A DNA stretch of 64,000 nt from Octopus vulgaris (lineage: Eukaryota), in assembly GCA_951406725.2 (NCBI GenBank), contig OX597821.1, positions 79,236,001 to 79,300,000 of the forward strand, given 5' to 3'. The notes below the pieces were generated by a model that did not search any database, was not told the DNA's origin, and saw nothing but the letters and a program-made list of their open reading frames with translations. A program made the position numbers and the translations under genes. The first letter of the stretch is position 1; each line of letters begins with the position of its first letter. Of the stretch, positions 34,060 to 51,644 are shown piece by piece.

Positions 34060-37000
34060 TATTCGACTTTTGCTTTATATTTGTACAAATTGACTCCAGG
34101 TCTCACCCAGAGACCTCAAGGGAGAAGTTAGAATTTAATGTTGGTGTTATGCCTAGGGTATTATATATTTGGTTTTGCACATAATATTGTTCTAGAGGAT
34201 GTTTAAGAAAACATAAGAAAAGTGTGTGTTTTAAAATTTGAGATTACATAAACAGTATTTTACGTAGGATATGAGCAGTTCCCATGAGCACAAGCTTTTG
34301 ATTTTTTGCCATTTTTTGGTTTTCTGATATCTGAGCTAGGTAGCAATCAGCCCCTTTTGCTATCATTCCAAGGGCACCTATAACAACAGGTTTTGCTTTA
34401 GTCATGAGGTTCCACATTTTGCCAATTTCTATTTCAAGATCTTTCTACTTACTCAGTTTTTGGTAGGTCTTGACAGATACATTTATGTCGATTGGGAAAA
34501 TCAATTCAAAGAGGAGGCACGGTTTTATTATCTGAAGTCTTTCAATATAATGCCTGGCCTATTCGCAACTATCTCTCTGTCTCAGTTTGAATTGTGAAGT
34601 TTCAGAGGAGTGAGATGTGATCATTTTCAAATACTAGAGTTGGTTTGTGTTCCCACCAGCTTTTATCAAGAGGCAAGTGCAGAGTTTTGGAAATTACCCA
34701 GTGAATATATGGTGCTGCTCTATCATGCCTGTTGAGATATTCTGTAGGCACAAGAATACTACACATGGAGACAACATGATCAATGGTTTCATTTTGACGT
34801 ACACAACATATTGGGCTATTGCCGTTTCTAATATGTTGACCTCGTAGTTTCTTGTTGGTAGGCATTAACCTTGGGCTGCTATGATAAAAGCTTCTCTTTC
34901 TGATTTTAAGCCAGAAGACACTAACCATTGATGGGTAAGGGCTTTGTCAACATCGGTACTATTAGTTCTCTTTGGTTATTTGCCACTGAGAGGTTTTTCT
35001 TGCCATTGATCAATAAGAATATACTCTTACTCTTTACTCTCTTTTACTCTTTTACTTGTTTCAGTCATTTGACTGCGGCCATGCTGGAGCACCGCCTTTT
35101 AGTCGAGCAAATCGACCCCGGGACTTATTCTTTGTAAGCCCAGTACTTATTCTATCGGTCTCTTTTTGCCGAACCGCTAAGTGACGGTGACGTAAACACA
35201 CCAGCATCGGTTGTCAAGCAATGCTAGGGGGACAAACACAGACACACAAACACATACACATATATATATATATATACATATATACGACAGGCTTCTTTCA
35301 GTTTCCGTCTACCAAATCCACTCACAAGGCATTGGTCGGCCCGGGGCTATAGCAGAAGACACTTGCCCAAGATGCCACGCAGTGGGACTGAACCCGGAAC
35401 CATGTGGTTGGTTAGCAAGCTACTTACCACACAGCCACTCCTGCGCCTATATATCTAAGCAATAGTTTTACTATCTAAGCAATAGTTTTACAACTTGTTT
35501 TCATACGCTTAACTTTTTCTGTACTTGTTTCTAGAACATTTCATTCTAGGATTTGTTGTATTTGCAATTCCCTTAGATATTCCTTTGCCTATTTTGTTAC
35601 AGAATATGATACATTCTTGTTTGCATGCTTTGAGACAAGATTTAACATCCAGTCATCAGAGATTTTCAGGTAGGTGTCTAGGCCAATTGTGGCAATCCTC
35701 ATTGTTAATTCTAGTTGTAAAAGTCTACGGTCACCCTCTTTTCATGGGCGGTAAAGTCGTTCTATATTTGCCTTAATGTGGTACATTCTATGCATTTTCA
35801 ACAATGTTTGTATTTTTCTGTCAAGATTGCATATTTCAGTAATTGACTGGTTAATGATATTGAAACTGTAAATCACGACTGGTATGGCTAAAGTATTAAT
35901 CACTTCGTTCCAGTTTCTTGCATTCAGCTTTGTCTTAAGACATTCTCTTCTGATCCTTTCCGTCATCACTGAAAGTTTGATTCCGTCCCGTTCAAATACC
36001 CCTAGGTACTTGTAGCTCTCTACTTGTTCTAATTCCTCTATGGCATTCTGCTCATCAAGATTAACATTGGAGTTTCCTTTTCCTTTGATAAAGGTAGCTT
36101 TTGCACATTTATCGAGGCCAGATTGCATCCTAGTGCCATCATTGAATTGTTTAACAATCGCTAGTAAGCCCTTGAGTTGTTGGTCATTTTTTGCAATGAG
36201 CTTTAAATCATCCATGTAAATGAGATGATTTATATTTTTCCAAACATTTTATAGCCGTATTGTACATCATCGAGCAATTTCGAGAGAAGTATTAAGGCTA
36301 GAGAAAAGAGGAGTGGTGATAGAGAGTTACCTTAGAAAATTCCACATGGAATTCTTACATCTCCAACATTAAGAGATTGTTTGCCACTCTTCAAAGTTAG
36401 TGTGATTCTTAATGATCCCATACTTAGAGATAAGAAATATCGCAGAGACGTGCTATCTTATACATTTCCAGACATTTCGTAATCCAACATCATCATAGAC
36501 TATCAAAAACTTTTTTATAGTCTATCCAGACTATTGAAAAGTTTTTGTGTCGTTTCTAACAATATTCTAAGATCATCTTATTGGTGAGTAGCTGATCGTT
36601 ACAACCATAGACCCACGTTCAAATCCTTTTTGCTCATTAGGGAATATGCTGCTTTCTATTAAAAATCTATAGGTATATTCAGTCAGGACAGATGTTAGCG
36701 TTTTATACATTGTTGTTAAGCAGGTTATGGGTCTATGATTTGTTGGTTCATTTGTTTCTTCATTTTCTGGAAGTAGGAATGTTAAACCATTAACTAACCA
36801 AGAGGGAATCGTACTAGGGTGTTGCAAAACATTCTTGTAAAGTTTTGTTAGCAGTTCATGACTCTCTGGAAAATTATTCAACCAGGAGTTAGGAATTTTA
36901 TCCTTTCCTGGAATCTTCCATTTGATTGACTTCCTGTGAGCAGATCTTACATGCTCTACGTTGATACCCTTCCACTTTTGCTCTTCTAAAGAGTCTAAGT

Positions 37001-37440
37001 CTGTAGATATTCGATCAATCCAAGGAGCCTTTTCATTGTATGTTTTTCTTTCTTCAACCCAAATTTTATTCCAAAGATCCTGCACTTTTTTTATGGGACA
37101 GACTTTAACTGTAACTGGTACTTTCCCTATCTCCTTGTAAAATGTTTTGGGGTTACTTTTAAACATGTCGTTGTATTTGAAGAATCTAACGAGCTTTTCA
37201 GAACTTGCTATGCTGGCAGCATTAGCTCGTCCCCTTTGTTTGATAGTTTCTATGGTGGTTTCGATGAAAAATATGGTTCTCATAATTAATTTTCTTTAAT
37301 TTTCGGATTTTTGTTGATTTGATAGACTTGTCAAACTGAAGGGTTTTTTAAAACATTTTATGTCAGACCTAAGTAGCTAAATTTGGCGTTCAATACGCTC
37401 TTTCCAAGTAGGCTTTTAGTGGGAATGTTGTCGTTTTCTA
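34060..37440 (-). mobile_element. Decayed R4/Dong-like LINE, interrupted by a SINE
   Basis: RPITCLTTMYK, YMDDLKL, GLDKCA and REL motifs; 3' UTR similar to the 33105 copy. Confidence 0.85.
35022..35447 (-). mobile_element. tRNA-derived SINE, family 1, full length
   Basis: Near-identical to 10694-11108; (AGTAA)n-type tail. Confidence 0.9.
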
Positions 37441-37489
37441 ATCTTTGTATTTTGAAAGTTTCTCCATTTCTTTTAGAGACACGTTGTCA

Positions 37490-40965
<3,476 letters not shown>

Positions 40966-40973
40966 CATCATCA

Positions 40974-41061
<88 letters not shown>

Positions 41062-41129
41062 CAGCAGCAGTAGCAGTACAAATTTATTGCCAGGATTGGG
41101 ATTTAAGTTTTTAATTTGAATGTTTATTT

Positions 41130-41480
41130 GTGTTTCACCCCTACCCTCGTTTGCACTGGATTCCTACAGACTCTCAACAAACTCAGCCTTCGCAACAAAG
41201 GATCCAACGCCTAAACATATAAGAACGAGAAGACGGAGCATCTTCGGGGAACCAAGTTTGATGCTGAAGGTGTCTGACAGGTTGAATCTGACCATCAATG
41301 AGATGTCGCTGGGCATTGTAGTGACCCAGCTTCTGAAGACAGGAACGAACAGACAAGTAGCGATGAACTATCCTGTCAAATGCTTTGGCTTGATTCAAAT
41401 TGCCAAAACCTGATCTATTCTCGGTTCTGTTCCATGATGTTTGCCATTTGGAAATATAACTCTGAAGGCAGATTATACAT
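41130..41480 (-). mobile_element. Tx1/L1-like RT remnant
   Basis: NLNQAKAFDRIVHRYL resembles Tx1 LDQxKAFDRVxH. Confidence 0.5.
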
Positions 41481-41929
41481 TCCTGGTTATTTATGCCCCT
41501 CACAGCGTATCAGCATATCTGCCACTTCATCTACTGAAGTTAGTTTCTCACAACACTCAATCTCCCAGTGCGATAGGGGTAGAAAACTATTTAAGTAGCC
41601 CTTAACTCCCGCTGTCTCAAGTATATCGCTCCTCGAACTTTTTGATTAATTGCTACCGAAATATAGCGTGCAGTTTTTTTAAATCGATGCACATAATCGC
41701 TGCATTCTGCCACTTACTGAATTCTTGCTATAATGGTATGCTGTTCCTCCACCATACCGGCCCAACCGATAAGATTTGAGCTTGCATGTTTCAGAGAACG
41801 CACTGTACCTGGATAATATAAAGCTCGTGTTTCACGTCGAAGAAATGGTCAGAACCCATTCTCACCGCTAGCACGTTCTTTATTATCACTCTCCTCTCCT
41901 ATCTGCCTCTTCTAAGCTACTAATTAGTT

Positions 41930-42244
41930 TGTGTTCTGTTCTTTCATTTGCTTCAGTCATTTGACGCGACTATGATGAAGTGCCGCCTTTAGTCGAACAA
42001 ATCGATCCCAGAATTTATTCATTGTAAGCCTAGTACTTATTCTGTCGTATTCTATCGGTGTTTTTTGTCGAACCGGTAAGTTATGGAGACGTAAACACAA
42101 CAACATCTGTTGTCCAGCGATGGTGGAGGGTCAAACACAGACACACAAACGTAAGGCTTTGGCTGGCCCGAGTCTACAGTAGACTGAACCCGTAATCATG
42201 TGGCTGGGAAGCAAGCTTCTTACCACACAGCTACGCCTTCACCT
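41930..42244 (-). mobile_element. Diverged SINE family 1 copy with internal deletions
   Basis: Colinear similarity to 35022-35447. Confidence 0.8.
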
Positions 42245-42439
42245 GTAGTTTTCTATAACAATTTCTGCTAAAACTAACAGATGTCACTGATTTTTCTCTT
42301 TAGTAAAACACATCACTTACTCTAGATTATATCTCCTATCAATATTTGCTTGACTCGTATAATAATCTGATCCTTGGGACATTTTCACACCGGAATGGAC
42401 GCGATCATCTTCAAGTAACAGGATCCTTGGATTTTAGAC

Positions 42440-43770
42440 ACTAGCAGATAAACCCGGCCTTGCTCGGGATTAAAATAGTATAGCTTTTTTTGTTGTTTTA
42501 ATACTTTAGGTATTATAACCCGATTTCATCCGGGTCTACTCGGGCCGCATTTTAAAGATGACGAACCTCCCCACCCCAAAAAACAAAAATTTTATTAAAA
42601 ATTGGTAATGAAAAAAAAAACAATAGCAAATGTTTAAACAGTCTTTGAGAAGCGACTGCAGAAACCTGCGCAAAATTGAAATAGTACAATACGACTGCAC
42701 TTACAATGTTTTGGATACAATATGTAGTCAAACCCAACCTAATTTTGCGAACTCGGTGTCGCGATGGGAGCCCGTGAGTTCGCAGTTTTACTGGCAGAGA
42801 TGGTCAAGTTGCAGAGGTGGCCAGCGACGTGAAGAAGGTGGATGCAGTCGGGCTAAAAAATTGAGAAAGTTACAATGACTCCAGCGACGGGAGAGTAATG
42901 GCGGAAGGTTCAAAAGTGTTCTTGCAGGGCTTTTTTGTAGACAACACTCCTGCTGTTGCCCGGTTTACCACAAATGAAGGGACTGTGTGGACTGCCGCAA
43001 CGGGAGCATCCGACGCATAGTTGACCGTGGATAAATACCTGCTGTGTCAGATTTAGGCCAACTACAGCATAACTGGAACACCAACCTTCAGTTTAGGGTC
43101 ATGAGGTGAAAGCCTGGGAGGTAGTTGGCTGTTGAGGAATTCAGTAGTTGTTCAAATTTTCAGCTCAATCCGAGCACATTTACTAACAATTTTGACTGCA
43201 CAATTACATGTGAGACAACATCGGTTTTTTACTCAAATATATATTAGAATAGCAGAGATGCCCGGTCTTGCTCGGGATTAAAATAGTTTATTATTGTTTT
43301 ACTTGCTTCGGTATAATAACCCGATTTCATTCGGGTCTACGCGGGCCACATTTTCAAAGATGAGGAAGTTTTCCCCAGGGGCCACGCCGTTCAAATGACC
43401 AAACTCAAAGTTGTCATGCAAACTCTCCAGCAATTTTAACATAAGTGTACATATTTTCAGCTCAATCCGACTTACTAACACTTTTACTTGCACAACTACT
43501 TTTGAGAAGACGTCCGCCCATTTTACAGATATGTAACAGACTTACAGAGATATTCAGCCTTGCGCGGGATTAAAGTGGCATAGTTTTTCATTGTGTTACT
43601 TGTTTGATTATAATAACCAGATTTCATTTGGGTCTACCCGGGTTATATTTTAAAAGATGAGGAATTTTGCCCAAGAAGCTACGCCTTTCAAATGAGCAAG
43701 CTCAAAGTTGGCATGCAAACTCGCCAGCAATTTTAACATAAGTGTGCATATTTTCAGCTCAATCCGACCA
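42440..43770 (+). repeat. Three related tandem units of a non-autonomous Helitron/Helentron-like repeat
   Basis: Starts near 42441, 43250 and 43543 share AGCAGA..CCCGGxCTTGCTCGGGATTAAA (short hairpin), TATAATAACCCGATTTCAT and TTTTCAGCTCAATCCGA. Confidence 0.55.
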
Positions 43771-43839
43771 CATATTTACACATTATATATATATTTGTTG
43801 TGCAAGATTTTTCATGTGAAGTCGTGTTTTGAAACGGAC

Positions 43840-44949
43840 ATTGTTATATTTCGGAATGGTCATTTTGCCAGTTTAGCCAATAAAACGCAAATCCTTCATT
43901 CGTACTATGCCAAACCTATGGCCTCAAAATACTTGATCCACCGGACCTCAGCCATTGCGGACAATGCCAAATTCAATATTTCGATGGCAGACCTCGTCAG
44001 AATAATGCGAAATGCGTCACGCATGTGCGATCCTACAGTGTTAAAGAGATACATACAACATTTCATTCACCGCATGCAGTTCTCACGTTACAGCCATAAA
44101 GAAAGGATCAGAGTATACAAAGGAGCCATGAAGAAATTTGGTAATATATTATGTAATGATAGGAATGGGATTTACCCACACTATAGGAGCAAGCCATGGA
44201 ACACTATGAAAAGGACAAAGAAGAGAATAGGGAAGGCCAACTCTTGGTATGATAGCCATAAATACCAGAGTGTCATGTTCGTCGACACCACCCTTGGAAG
44301 TGAACTGGCGTACCGCTTTAGAAGGACCCTAGACAAACTTAAGCTAAGGATTAAGGTTGTTGAAAAGCCAGGCAACCCTATCAAATCCATAATAGGTAGA
44401 ACCTACCCTTTCAGTAGAACCTTTTGTACGGATAGGTACTGTACTGTATGTAGATTTAGCCCACAAACAAACTGTAAAGCCAGAAATGTAGTCTATAGTA
44501 TAAGATGTATAGAGGGACGATGCAGTAAAAAGACAACGACATACGTAGGGGAAACGGCAAGAAGCATAGGAGAGCGGGTAAATGACCATTGAAGACAACT
44601 CAAGGAAGGTAAAAGCTCATCGATTCTGTACCACCACGCCGAACAGGAACACGGGGGATCAATCAACAACATAGAAGTTAAAATCTTATCCACACATAGA
44701 ACAGATGCAGCAATCAGACAAATTACGGAAGCTACACACATAATAGAAGATAAACCTAGCCTGAATAAGAAACTGGAAAGGAAACTAGCACACACCACAA
44801 CATATGAGGGTAGAGGATCCCCATAAACTGGTTACAATATAAACAAAACCGAAAACATAATAAATAAGATACACAGATAAATAAACATATAGAAATAAAT
44901 AACTACATAAGTTTTTTTAATTTAAAAGATGTTTTCTTTTTTCTTTTTA

Positions 44950-45020
<71 letters not shown>

Positions 45021-45475
45021 TAGTATTGTTGTTATACATACATACATACAAGCATACGTAATGATAATAATAATAATAAGTGGATGTAAACACATGAACA
45101 AAATAAGAATAAACAAAAACAAAAACAAATTACACGAACGTATATAAACAAGATACAAATATTACAGGCATTTCCCCACACACACACACTAACTAAACAT
45201 AGATGCACATAGAGGTATAAGCATAGGCAAATGAAGACACATACAATAGAAATACAAAATGGCTGACGGTTAGTAAGGAGAGACACAAATAAGAAAGAAG
45301 AAAACAAAGGACCACTGATGCGGTCACAGGAGTGTGACGAAAGAACTCTGGCCGAAATAAGATTAAGATTAATGTAAAAAATAAATAACATTGAAGCAAA
45401 ATAACACTAAATATATAGTGCGTGTGTTTTTATTGGCTAAACTGGCAAAATGACCATTCCGAAATGCAACAATAT
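43840..45475 (+). mobile_element. 5'-truncated Penelope-like element (RT thumb + GIY-YIG) with inverted terminal segment
   Basis: YAKPMAS..., CTDRYCTVC, NVVYSIRC...YVGETARS; 43840-43884 is the reverse complement of about 45429-45473; premature stop at 44590. Confidence 0.85.
45309..45353 (+). ncRNA. Degenerate hammerhead ribozyme in the pLTR
   Basis: GGACCA-CTGATGC-G-GTCAC aggagt GTGAC-GAAA-GAAC-TC-TGGCC; core A9 changed to C. Confidence 0.6.
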
Positions 45476-45789
45476 ATATATATATATAAACAAGAACATC
45501 TACAAGAAAGAATCGCCTATATCTAATTTATATGTTTAGATCATCCCACTACTAAGTATGATATTACCTCTTCCTTTCTCATTCATAAACACATGAGTAT
45601 TATTATAATAGATTATCTCGGTAACCATAGGTGTTATGAAAAAATACAGAGCCCAGCAACACCGCCAGATCATTCTATACATGTGTAAATTTTCGCACAA
45701 TTCCACCCAGCCCTTTGACTGTGAATCCCAAGGCAAGAAAGAATCGCTCATGTCAAATTTATATGTATAGATTTCTATGTTAACTATAA

Positions 45790-46830
45790 AGGTCCCCGTT
45801 GTTGAGAATGTTGTTTGTTTCTGTTATTGATGTTGCTGTTTTAAAATTTGCCTTTGTTGGTGAAGTTGTTATTGTTGTGGGTGTTGTATTTGTTGTTCTA
45901 TCACTGTTTATGAGACTAGGCACACTGTTTTCCGACTTATTGTACTTGGTGCTCACAAATTTTGAGGATTTAGGGGTCAAGTCAGTATTTTCACCAGCCC
46001 TCCCTAACCACTAGAGTACTTTGGTGATTTTGGATGCCCTTTCTATATCCGAAGAGTTGACTGGATTTGCATTTAATTTCTTCCATATCGTTTGCTGTTG
46101 CTAGAGGTGGTCGGATTTGTGGAGGTGATCAGGAGATTTGTTTCACGTTTTTCCATGACTGAAAATATGTTTTGTAGCTGTTGTGGTGGGTACTGCTAGC
46201 ACCATCTTTGTAATTGCAGTAGATTTTGCGTTGGAAGCAGGGATGCGGAGCGAGTCATTACTTTCAATTTAACCACTTTGAAGTAGAAGGCTTTGAGGTA
46301 ATCTGTTGTGCAACAAATATAACATTTGGGTTTTTCTACCCTTCAAGAACACCTGCATCTGCCTCGCAATTTCCGAAAAAGTTTGGTACGCAAACTACGT
46401 CTTCTGGAACAACCAAAACTTGGTCTTCCATTACTTTTGTATTTTTCTGGGAGTTTGATTTGATGCTATTTCCCCATGATACTTTAACGCAGCTATTTCT
46501 TTGGCCTGGTCCCTATAAGGAGGTAGATTTGTGACCCTCAGTCCGTCACATGACGTCCCATATCTAAGGGCAGCATCTCGAACTGCAGGAAGGTGCAGAT
46601 CGTTGTATCCATCATACGCACGTCCTTTTTATTGCTGCGGATGGCCACCAGGGTTCCCTGTTGCATTCCTTGGGAGAAATACACTACGGAAGGCTACACA
46701 TCTTCCAATTTTTATTTTCTATTTTGGTTGGGGAAAGGAATTGTAGCTTCGTTTCTGCGCGATTGATGCCCTTATAGATTGTTGTTATTTTCTCGGTGCA
46801 CATCATTCCCCCTTCTGGGAGTGACATGGC
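45790..46830 (-). mobile_element. Possible decayed Tx1/L1 ORF1 (gag-like) remnant
   Basis: Degenerate VLEG.RK.PKCYICxTTDxLKAF zinc-knuckle-like segment near 46290-46350; many stops. Confidence 0.35.
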
Positions 46831-47026
46831 TCTCAAGTAGGCGTAGGGGTGGCTGTATGGTAAGTAGCTTGCTTACAAACCACATGGTTCCGGGTTCAGT
46901 CCCACTGCGTGACACCTTGGGCAAGTGTCTTCTTCTATAGCCTCGGGCTGACCAAAGCCTTGTGAGTGGATTTGGTAGACGGAAACTGGAAGAAGCCCGT
47001 CGTATATATGTATATATATATATATC

Positions 47027-47714
47027 AACAGGACCATTTAAGGACCATTAAAAGGACCATTTAAGGCGAATTAAACTTTTTTGGCTGCTATTTCTACTAA
47101 GTTCAGTATGTGGCAAAGTAATTTATTTTACTAAGCCCTAATTATATAATGTAATATTTTGAATTCGCCTTAAATGGTCCTTTTACATACTGAACACTTG
47201 GTGAAATTGATTGATTAATTAATTTTACCCTCAATTGTTAATATTATAATTCATTTCTCTCCGTCATACTGCCTCGGTTCTCGCGGTTAAAATATAATGT
47301 TTGCTAGATAGACCACGTGGGTGGAAAAGGAGTGCAGAAATTTACGCCTGCGCATTTTGAATTTGTTGGCACTGTCAGTAGGAGCTGGTTCATCTGAAGC
47401 GACAAGTACGCCGATGGGTAAAGTTCCTTCTTTTTAGTGTTTCCAAATCCAAATTAAGAAATTTTGAGCTGACGATAGAAATGCTGATTTTATTTGGCTA
47501 ATCTTGAAACGTTGACGTACTCAAACGATCTATGTACTTGTGATATTTTTCTGTATTTACCTCCAAACCTTCGTGAGCTGTCTGGAGTAAACATTATCTG
47601 AGAGAAACTTTCTTTAAGTAGTAGAAACGGCTAAAAAAACTTTTTGGGCTGCTATTTCTACTAAGTTCAGTATGTGGCAAAGTAATTTATTTTACTAAGC
47701 CCTAATTATATAAT

Positions 47715-47715
<1 letters not shown>
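47027..47715 (+). mobile_element. Non-coding hammerhead-bearing element with terminal direct repeat (Penelope-derived/retrozyme-like)
   Basis: About 47074-47150 is repeated at about 47638-47715; short inverted piece AAAAGGACCATTTAAGGCGAATT at the 5' end; inserted in (TA)n. Confidence 0.75.
47463..47525 (+). ncRNA. Type I hammerhead ribozyme
   Basis: TTTGAG-CTGACGA-T AGA...TCT T-GAAA-CGTTGACG-TA-CTCAAA; intact core, 6-bp stem I. Confidence 0.75.
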
Positions 47716-47788
<73 letters not shown>

Positions 47789-48707
47789 TCCCCACAACAT
47801 CGCTTGACAACCGATGCTGGTTTGTTTATGTCCCCGTAAATTCGCGGTTCGGCATAAGAGATCGATAAAATAAGTAGTAGGCTTACAAAGAATAAGTCCT
47901 TGTGTCGATTTGCTCGACTAAAGGCGGTACTCTAGCATAGCCACAGTCAAATGACTGAAATAAGTAAAAAAGTAAGTAATAATACGTTTCCCCAAATTTG
48001 TGACTTTCGCCGAAGATGATTTTTCTTTATCGTTGTTGTTGCTGTTGTTCCTGCTGCCCTGATAGATTATGTTAATGTTCTTCTCGTTCATTTTATTGTT
48101 GTTGTTGTTGTTGTCTCAATTGTGGCGGCTGCTGTCGACGTTACAGTTGTAGTTATTGTTGTTGTTGCTAAAGCTATCAGCGACGTTGTTGGTAGCTTTA
48201 TCGCTGCTGCTGATTACATTATTATTGTCATTGTTGTTGTCGTAGTTCATACTAATACTAGTGCTATTATTGTTACTGTTGTCGTCATCGTCGTCGTCGC
48301 TGCGCTGATGTTGTTTACTGTTTTGTGTTTTATTGCTTGTAGTTTCTTTTCTTCTTTCCATGGGAGTGGCAACCGACTCGTATGGCTGACTACTATGTCA
48401 GATCGTTCAACTACGACGTAAGAGGTGAGGCGAATACATTTCCTCCAAAAACTACTCCGCTATCTAAATTTTTAGGAAAAGAAATTAATAGAAGATATGT
48501 ATGGGAAAAATTCTCAGAATGAGCTGATGCCAGTTCCATCATTAGAAATGGGAGAATCTCCTTCAGTAGAAACCTGGATGCATCCGCGAAACAAAAGTTA
48601 CAATTTCAGCGCTCGGAAATATTATAAATCGTATAAAGAGTAAATTTAGAGGAAACTCACCAGCGATATTCCAAGCTTAGAAGTCATGTGTGATGCCTAA
48701 TAATAAT

Positions 48708-48900
48708 TCTTTCTAATTTGGTCAAAAAGTCGGCAATTTTAGGGGAGGAGATTGTCCATTAGTTCGACCCCGTTCCTAAATTGGTATCTCTTCGATACCC
48801 GAAAGATGAAATACAAATCCAAACTCGGGGAATTTGAACTCATAACGTAAAAACGCACGAAATGCCGCTACTTCTAATCGTCCGACCTGTCAACTCACCG
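48708..48900 (-). mobile_element. Old SINE family 2-related copy
   Basis: Degenerate match (GAATTTGAACTCA.AACGTAA, CGAAATGCCGCTA). Confidence 0.6.
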
Positions 48901-49044
48901 CATTCATAATAATAATGTTTTCGTTATTAGCCACACAAAACAGAAAAGGACAATACAACACAAGGGACAAGATATATACATATAGAGATATATGGACACA
49001 CACACACACAAACACATATATGTATGTGTGTGTGTATGTATGTA

Positions 49045-49382
49045 TAGCCTCGGGCCGACCAAAGCCTTGTGAGTGGATTTGGTAGATGGAAACTTAAAGA
49101 AGCCCGTCGTATATATGTATATATATGTGTGTGTGTGAGTGTATTTGTGTGTGTGTGTGTGTGAGTGTGCGTGCGTGTATGTTTGTGTGTCTGTGTTTGT
49201 CCCCCTAGCATTACTTGACAACCGATGCTGGTGTGTTCATGTCCCCGTCACTTAGTGGTTCGGCTAAAGTGACTGATAGAATAAGTACTAGGCTTACAAA
49301 GAATAAGTCCCGGGGTCGATTTGCTCGACTAAAGGCGGTGCTCCAGCATGGCCGCGGTCAAATGACTGAAACAAGTAAAAGA

Positions 49383-49385
<3 letters not shown>
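49045..49385 (+). mobile_element. 5'-truncated SINE family 1
   Basis: Matches 10790-11090. Confidence 0.85.
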
Positions 49386-49421
<36 letters not shown>

Positions 49422-49588
49422 CTAAATATTAATTTACTAAAGATTGCCGAAACTATGCATAGTCCAGAAAGGAGAGGGTAAACGTTTTTATTTCTCTTTC
49501 CATTTCAGAATTACAACTATTAGTGGTTTGGAGTTTAGCTGCTCTTTCTAGTGAGTCGGATGTCCTATTATAGCCATCCCTTATATCT

Positions 49589-49693
<105 letters not shown>

Positions 49694-51026
49694 CATACAC
49701 ATACATACATACATACATACATACATACATACATACATACATACATACATAGAGACGTTTTGGCCAAGTCTATCTTTCAATCTATATGTTATATCGTTGG
49801 CGCGTCGGCAGAAATGTTTTACCGTATATTTTCTGGGTCTCTGCATTTAGAAGTCAAATCCCAGCTGTTTTGAGTAGTAAACGAGAAACCCTACAAATAT
49901 TCATCGCAAGTCTAGTCATTGTAGCCATTGTTCTAGTAATCTACTTAACGCTGGCAGGGCATTGTGTGGGTCCTCCCAGTTCGTACAAAGAGCACTGGAG
50001 AAGGTTCACAAACACAAGGTCTGCCCAAGGACAGACCACTAATAGCTTATATATGCACGATTCGTGTATAATTATCTCCGTTGGATTCGACTTTCGGGAA
50101 AAAATGCAGCACATGTTTTTGTACATGCATAACTGCATTAATATTTAGACTACACGAAATTATTTTTGTTTTATTTTTAAATTTATGCACTTAAAACTTT
50201 GTATCTACATTTATGTGCACCTGGTTGACAAGCATTTGTCACAAGTTTTGGTGTCCAAAGTTTGCAGCAATATCAAAACCTTGCAAATTCGAATACAAGT
50301 AAGAATATGTAATAAACATGTAGAAAAAAGTATATGCGCAAGATACGTACAATTCCACAAATTATGCGGATAATATAAAATATTTTTTGAATACACGAAG
50401 CTCTACAATGGGATGTATACAACCAGAATGTGCACACAAAAATGTGTACATTAGGGCTTTTATGCGTATATACACGTACATCTATATGCACATGTATGTG
50501 TATGCGTATGTATAGTGTAGTGTTTGTATGTGTACATGTACACACATGCGGATGTGTGTTGTTGCACAGGAAAAAAACACATAATAACATAGATGGAAAC
50601 AAAAATATGTACAGTAACCTATGAATATACACTAAAAATAATGGTTATATAGCTATAGAAATGTTATTTTTTCCAATCTGCCCCATTTGTTTTCCCTCAG
50701 AAGTGTGTTGTGTTTATATTTCTGTCTACAATTCTACGTTGAGTCATTTATGATGCATATTTAGTGAATATACGATCCTCATGTAGGAGATGCTCTTGCT
50801 ACATGTGAGGGAAATCTCTCCATTTTGGTGCTCTTTATTTTTAGCCTTACTTAAAACTACATGTAACTACCCAGTATTAAATACAAGCTCTCGTAGATAT
50901 ATTCCCACTCTGCTAAAAGACTAACCATGAGATTTATTTATGATAATAACAAAGAATGGTATCAAGGAGCAATGCTTGTGATTATGTTGAAAAAGTAGAT
51001 TTGTTTTATGACAAATAAATTCGGTA

Positions 51027-51315
51027 GAGGCACATGGCCTAGTGGTTAGAGTAGCGGACTCGCGATCGAGGGATCGCGGGTTTGAATCTCAGACCGGGCT
51101 ATGTGTGTGTTTATGAGCAAAACATCTAAGCCCACACGGCTCCGGCAGAAGGTGATGGCGAACTTCTGCTGACCCTTTCACCACAACTTTCTCTCACTCT
51201 TTCAGCTCACCTGCGACGGACCGGCGTTCTGTCCAGGTGGGAAACCTATCCGCCAAGGAAACCGGGAAACCGGCCCTTATGAGCCAGGCGTGCCTCGAGA
51301 AGGAACAAACAACAA
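51027..51315 (+). mobile_element. tRNA-derived SINE, family 3
   Basis: TGGCCTAGTGGTTAGAG A-box, GGTTTGAATC B-box, GC-rich body, (AAC)n tail. Confidence 0.7.
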
Positions 51316-51612
51316 AATAAATTCGTGAAATGAAAGCCCTTTCTTCTTAACTGCTGCCAGTTAATCTTTCTGCTGCATAAATGGGTGCGCGTTTCTTTAA
51401 TTGTTGCTCATGTTCTATTTATTAAACTTTCATGGGTCTCAGGTTTCGTTCTTACATTATAATACGCCAAACTTTTATTATCAGAATATGAGATGGAATT
51501 CCACGCGGATTTTGTTTATTTAAAAACTCCACTTGAAAATTTAGAGCTCAAATTTATCATTATCATTATAATGATCATCATCTTGATCATGATAATCTTT
51601 ACCCTTATCCTC

Positions 51613-51644
<32 letters not shown>

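Larger units (their letters stand above)
46840..47977 (+). mobile_element. SINE family 1 split by an insertion in its internal (TA)n
   Basis: 5' half 46840-47025; 3' half about 47716-47977. Confidence 0.85.

Noticed and set aside
49786-50148. ORF with hydrophobic stretch IFIASLVIVAIVLVIYL
   Set aside because: Wrong strand and side for the LRR gene's membrane anchor; no clear splice sites or recognisable homology.
51027-51100. tRNA-like sequences (also 10694 and 52764)
   Set aside because: SINE heads with A/B boxes followed by SINE bodies; no proper cloverleaf.
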